A DNA stretch of 64,000 nucleotides, taken from the NCBI GenBank assembly GCA_963788375.1, contig CAWBGT010000017.1, forward strand, positions 247,452 to 311,451. Direction: 5' to 3'. The DNA is from an uncultured Chloroflexia bacterium (lineage in GTDB: Bacteria; Chloroflexota; Limnocylindria; Limnocylindrales; CSP1-4). Positions 63,582-64,000 of this stretch are shown one piece after another; the stretch's first letter is position 1; every line of letters begins with the position of its first letter. The notes under the pieces are model-generated. The model was given only the letters and a program-made list of their open reading frames with translations, had not been told where the DNA came from and did not search any database. The translations under genes and the position numbers were made by a program.

Positions 63582-64000
63582 GCGATCTCCGCGAGCAGTG
63601 CATCGGCCGTCGGCGGGTGCCCCAACATCTGCGCGACGGCGTCGCCTGCGGATCGCTCGCGCCCGAAGCGCAGGATCCGCCCTCGCAGCCACGGGTACCA
63701 ACCCAGATCACCGCCCGCCCAATCGCCCCGCGCGGCGCTGATCGCAGCCCGCATTGCCGCCGCAAGCACGGCCCCGATCGCGTAGTTGGCCATGTAGCCC
63801 GGCTCCTGGACCAGCTGGCCGCGGATCGCCCACCACGACCACTCCGGGTGGGGCGCGATCCCCAGCCAGGTGCCGGTGAGGTCCGTCCACACCTCGTTCG
63901 GCCGCCGGCCGGGGTCGTCCAGCATCCGGATCTCGAACAGCGCCCAGGCGGCGTCCATCGCGACGGCGGCGTAGTGGCAGCGGGCGGCCGCAGCCGCCGC
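63563..64000 (-). CDS. C-terminal part of a zinc-metallopeptidase-like protein (M3/M32-type tail); N-terminus lies beyond the right edge
   Basis: The frame is open to the window edge. WAIRGQLVQEPGYMANYAIGAVLAAAMRAAI ... LGHPPTADALLAEIARAGAA resembles the C-terminal helices of oligoendopeptidase or carboxypeptidase-Taq-type zincins. The HExxH motif is not in the window. Confidence 0.55.
   Translation of the reverse strand, partial: AAAAAARCHYAAVAMDAAWALFEIRMLDDPGRRPNEVWTDLTGTWLGIAPHPEWSWWAIRGQLVQEPGYMANYAIGAVLAAAMRAAISAARGDWAGGDLGWYPWLRGRILRFGRERSAGDAVAQMLGHPPTADALLAEIARAGAA

Overview
Very GC-rich (about 70% by eye) bacterial chromosomal segment with actinobacterial or Chloroflexi-like gene content. 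It is densely coding on both strands. All calls come from reading the supplied translations and the DNA; no database search was run, so family names rest on recognised motifs only. I support about 62 protein genes (a few of them low-confidence small ORFs), one vapB pseudogene and one tRNA-Gly(CCC). I saw no rRNA, CRISPR array, transposase, integrase or phage structural gene. Many long Arg/Pro/Gly-rich ORFs in the track are shadow frames of real genes and were discarded. Main content, left to right: PfkB kinase, nitroreductase, DMT transporter, a large ATPase-LuxR regulator, a HARE-HTH-like protein next to a Cas4/RecB-like nuclease and a secreted HNH/DUF1524 nuclease, a class III nucleotide cyclase, and a toxin-antitoxin cluster (orphan PIN plus two VapBC pairs). 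Then two F420-type PPOX genes, a serine hydrolase, tRNA-Gly, a DUF433/DUF5615 pair, and a four-gene redox operon ending in a 27-haem c-type cytochrome. Then an orphan response regulator, aldehyde dehydrogenase, a third vapBC locus whose antitoxin has an in-frame TAA, an OYE/FadH-like reductase, lipB, a divergent GalT-like gene, and an ECF sigma/anti-sigma pair. The right end holds a pyrimidine operon split into three blocks (pyrR-pyrB-pyrC / pyrK-pyrD / pyrE), a fused ctaA-ctaB gene and a partial metallopeptidase gene. Points worth a second look: the multihaem cytochrome module; a 23-nt perfect copy of the tRNA-Gly anticodon arm 4.1 kb away; the broken antitoxin; and many short GC-rich tandem-repeat arrays in intergenic regions, two of which are serial duplications of a gene 3' end including its stop codon.
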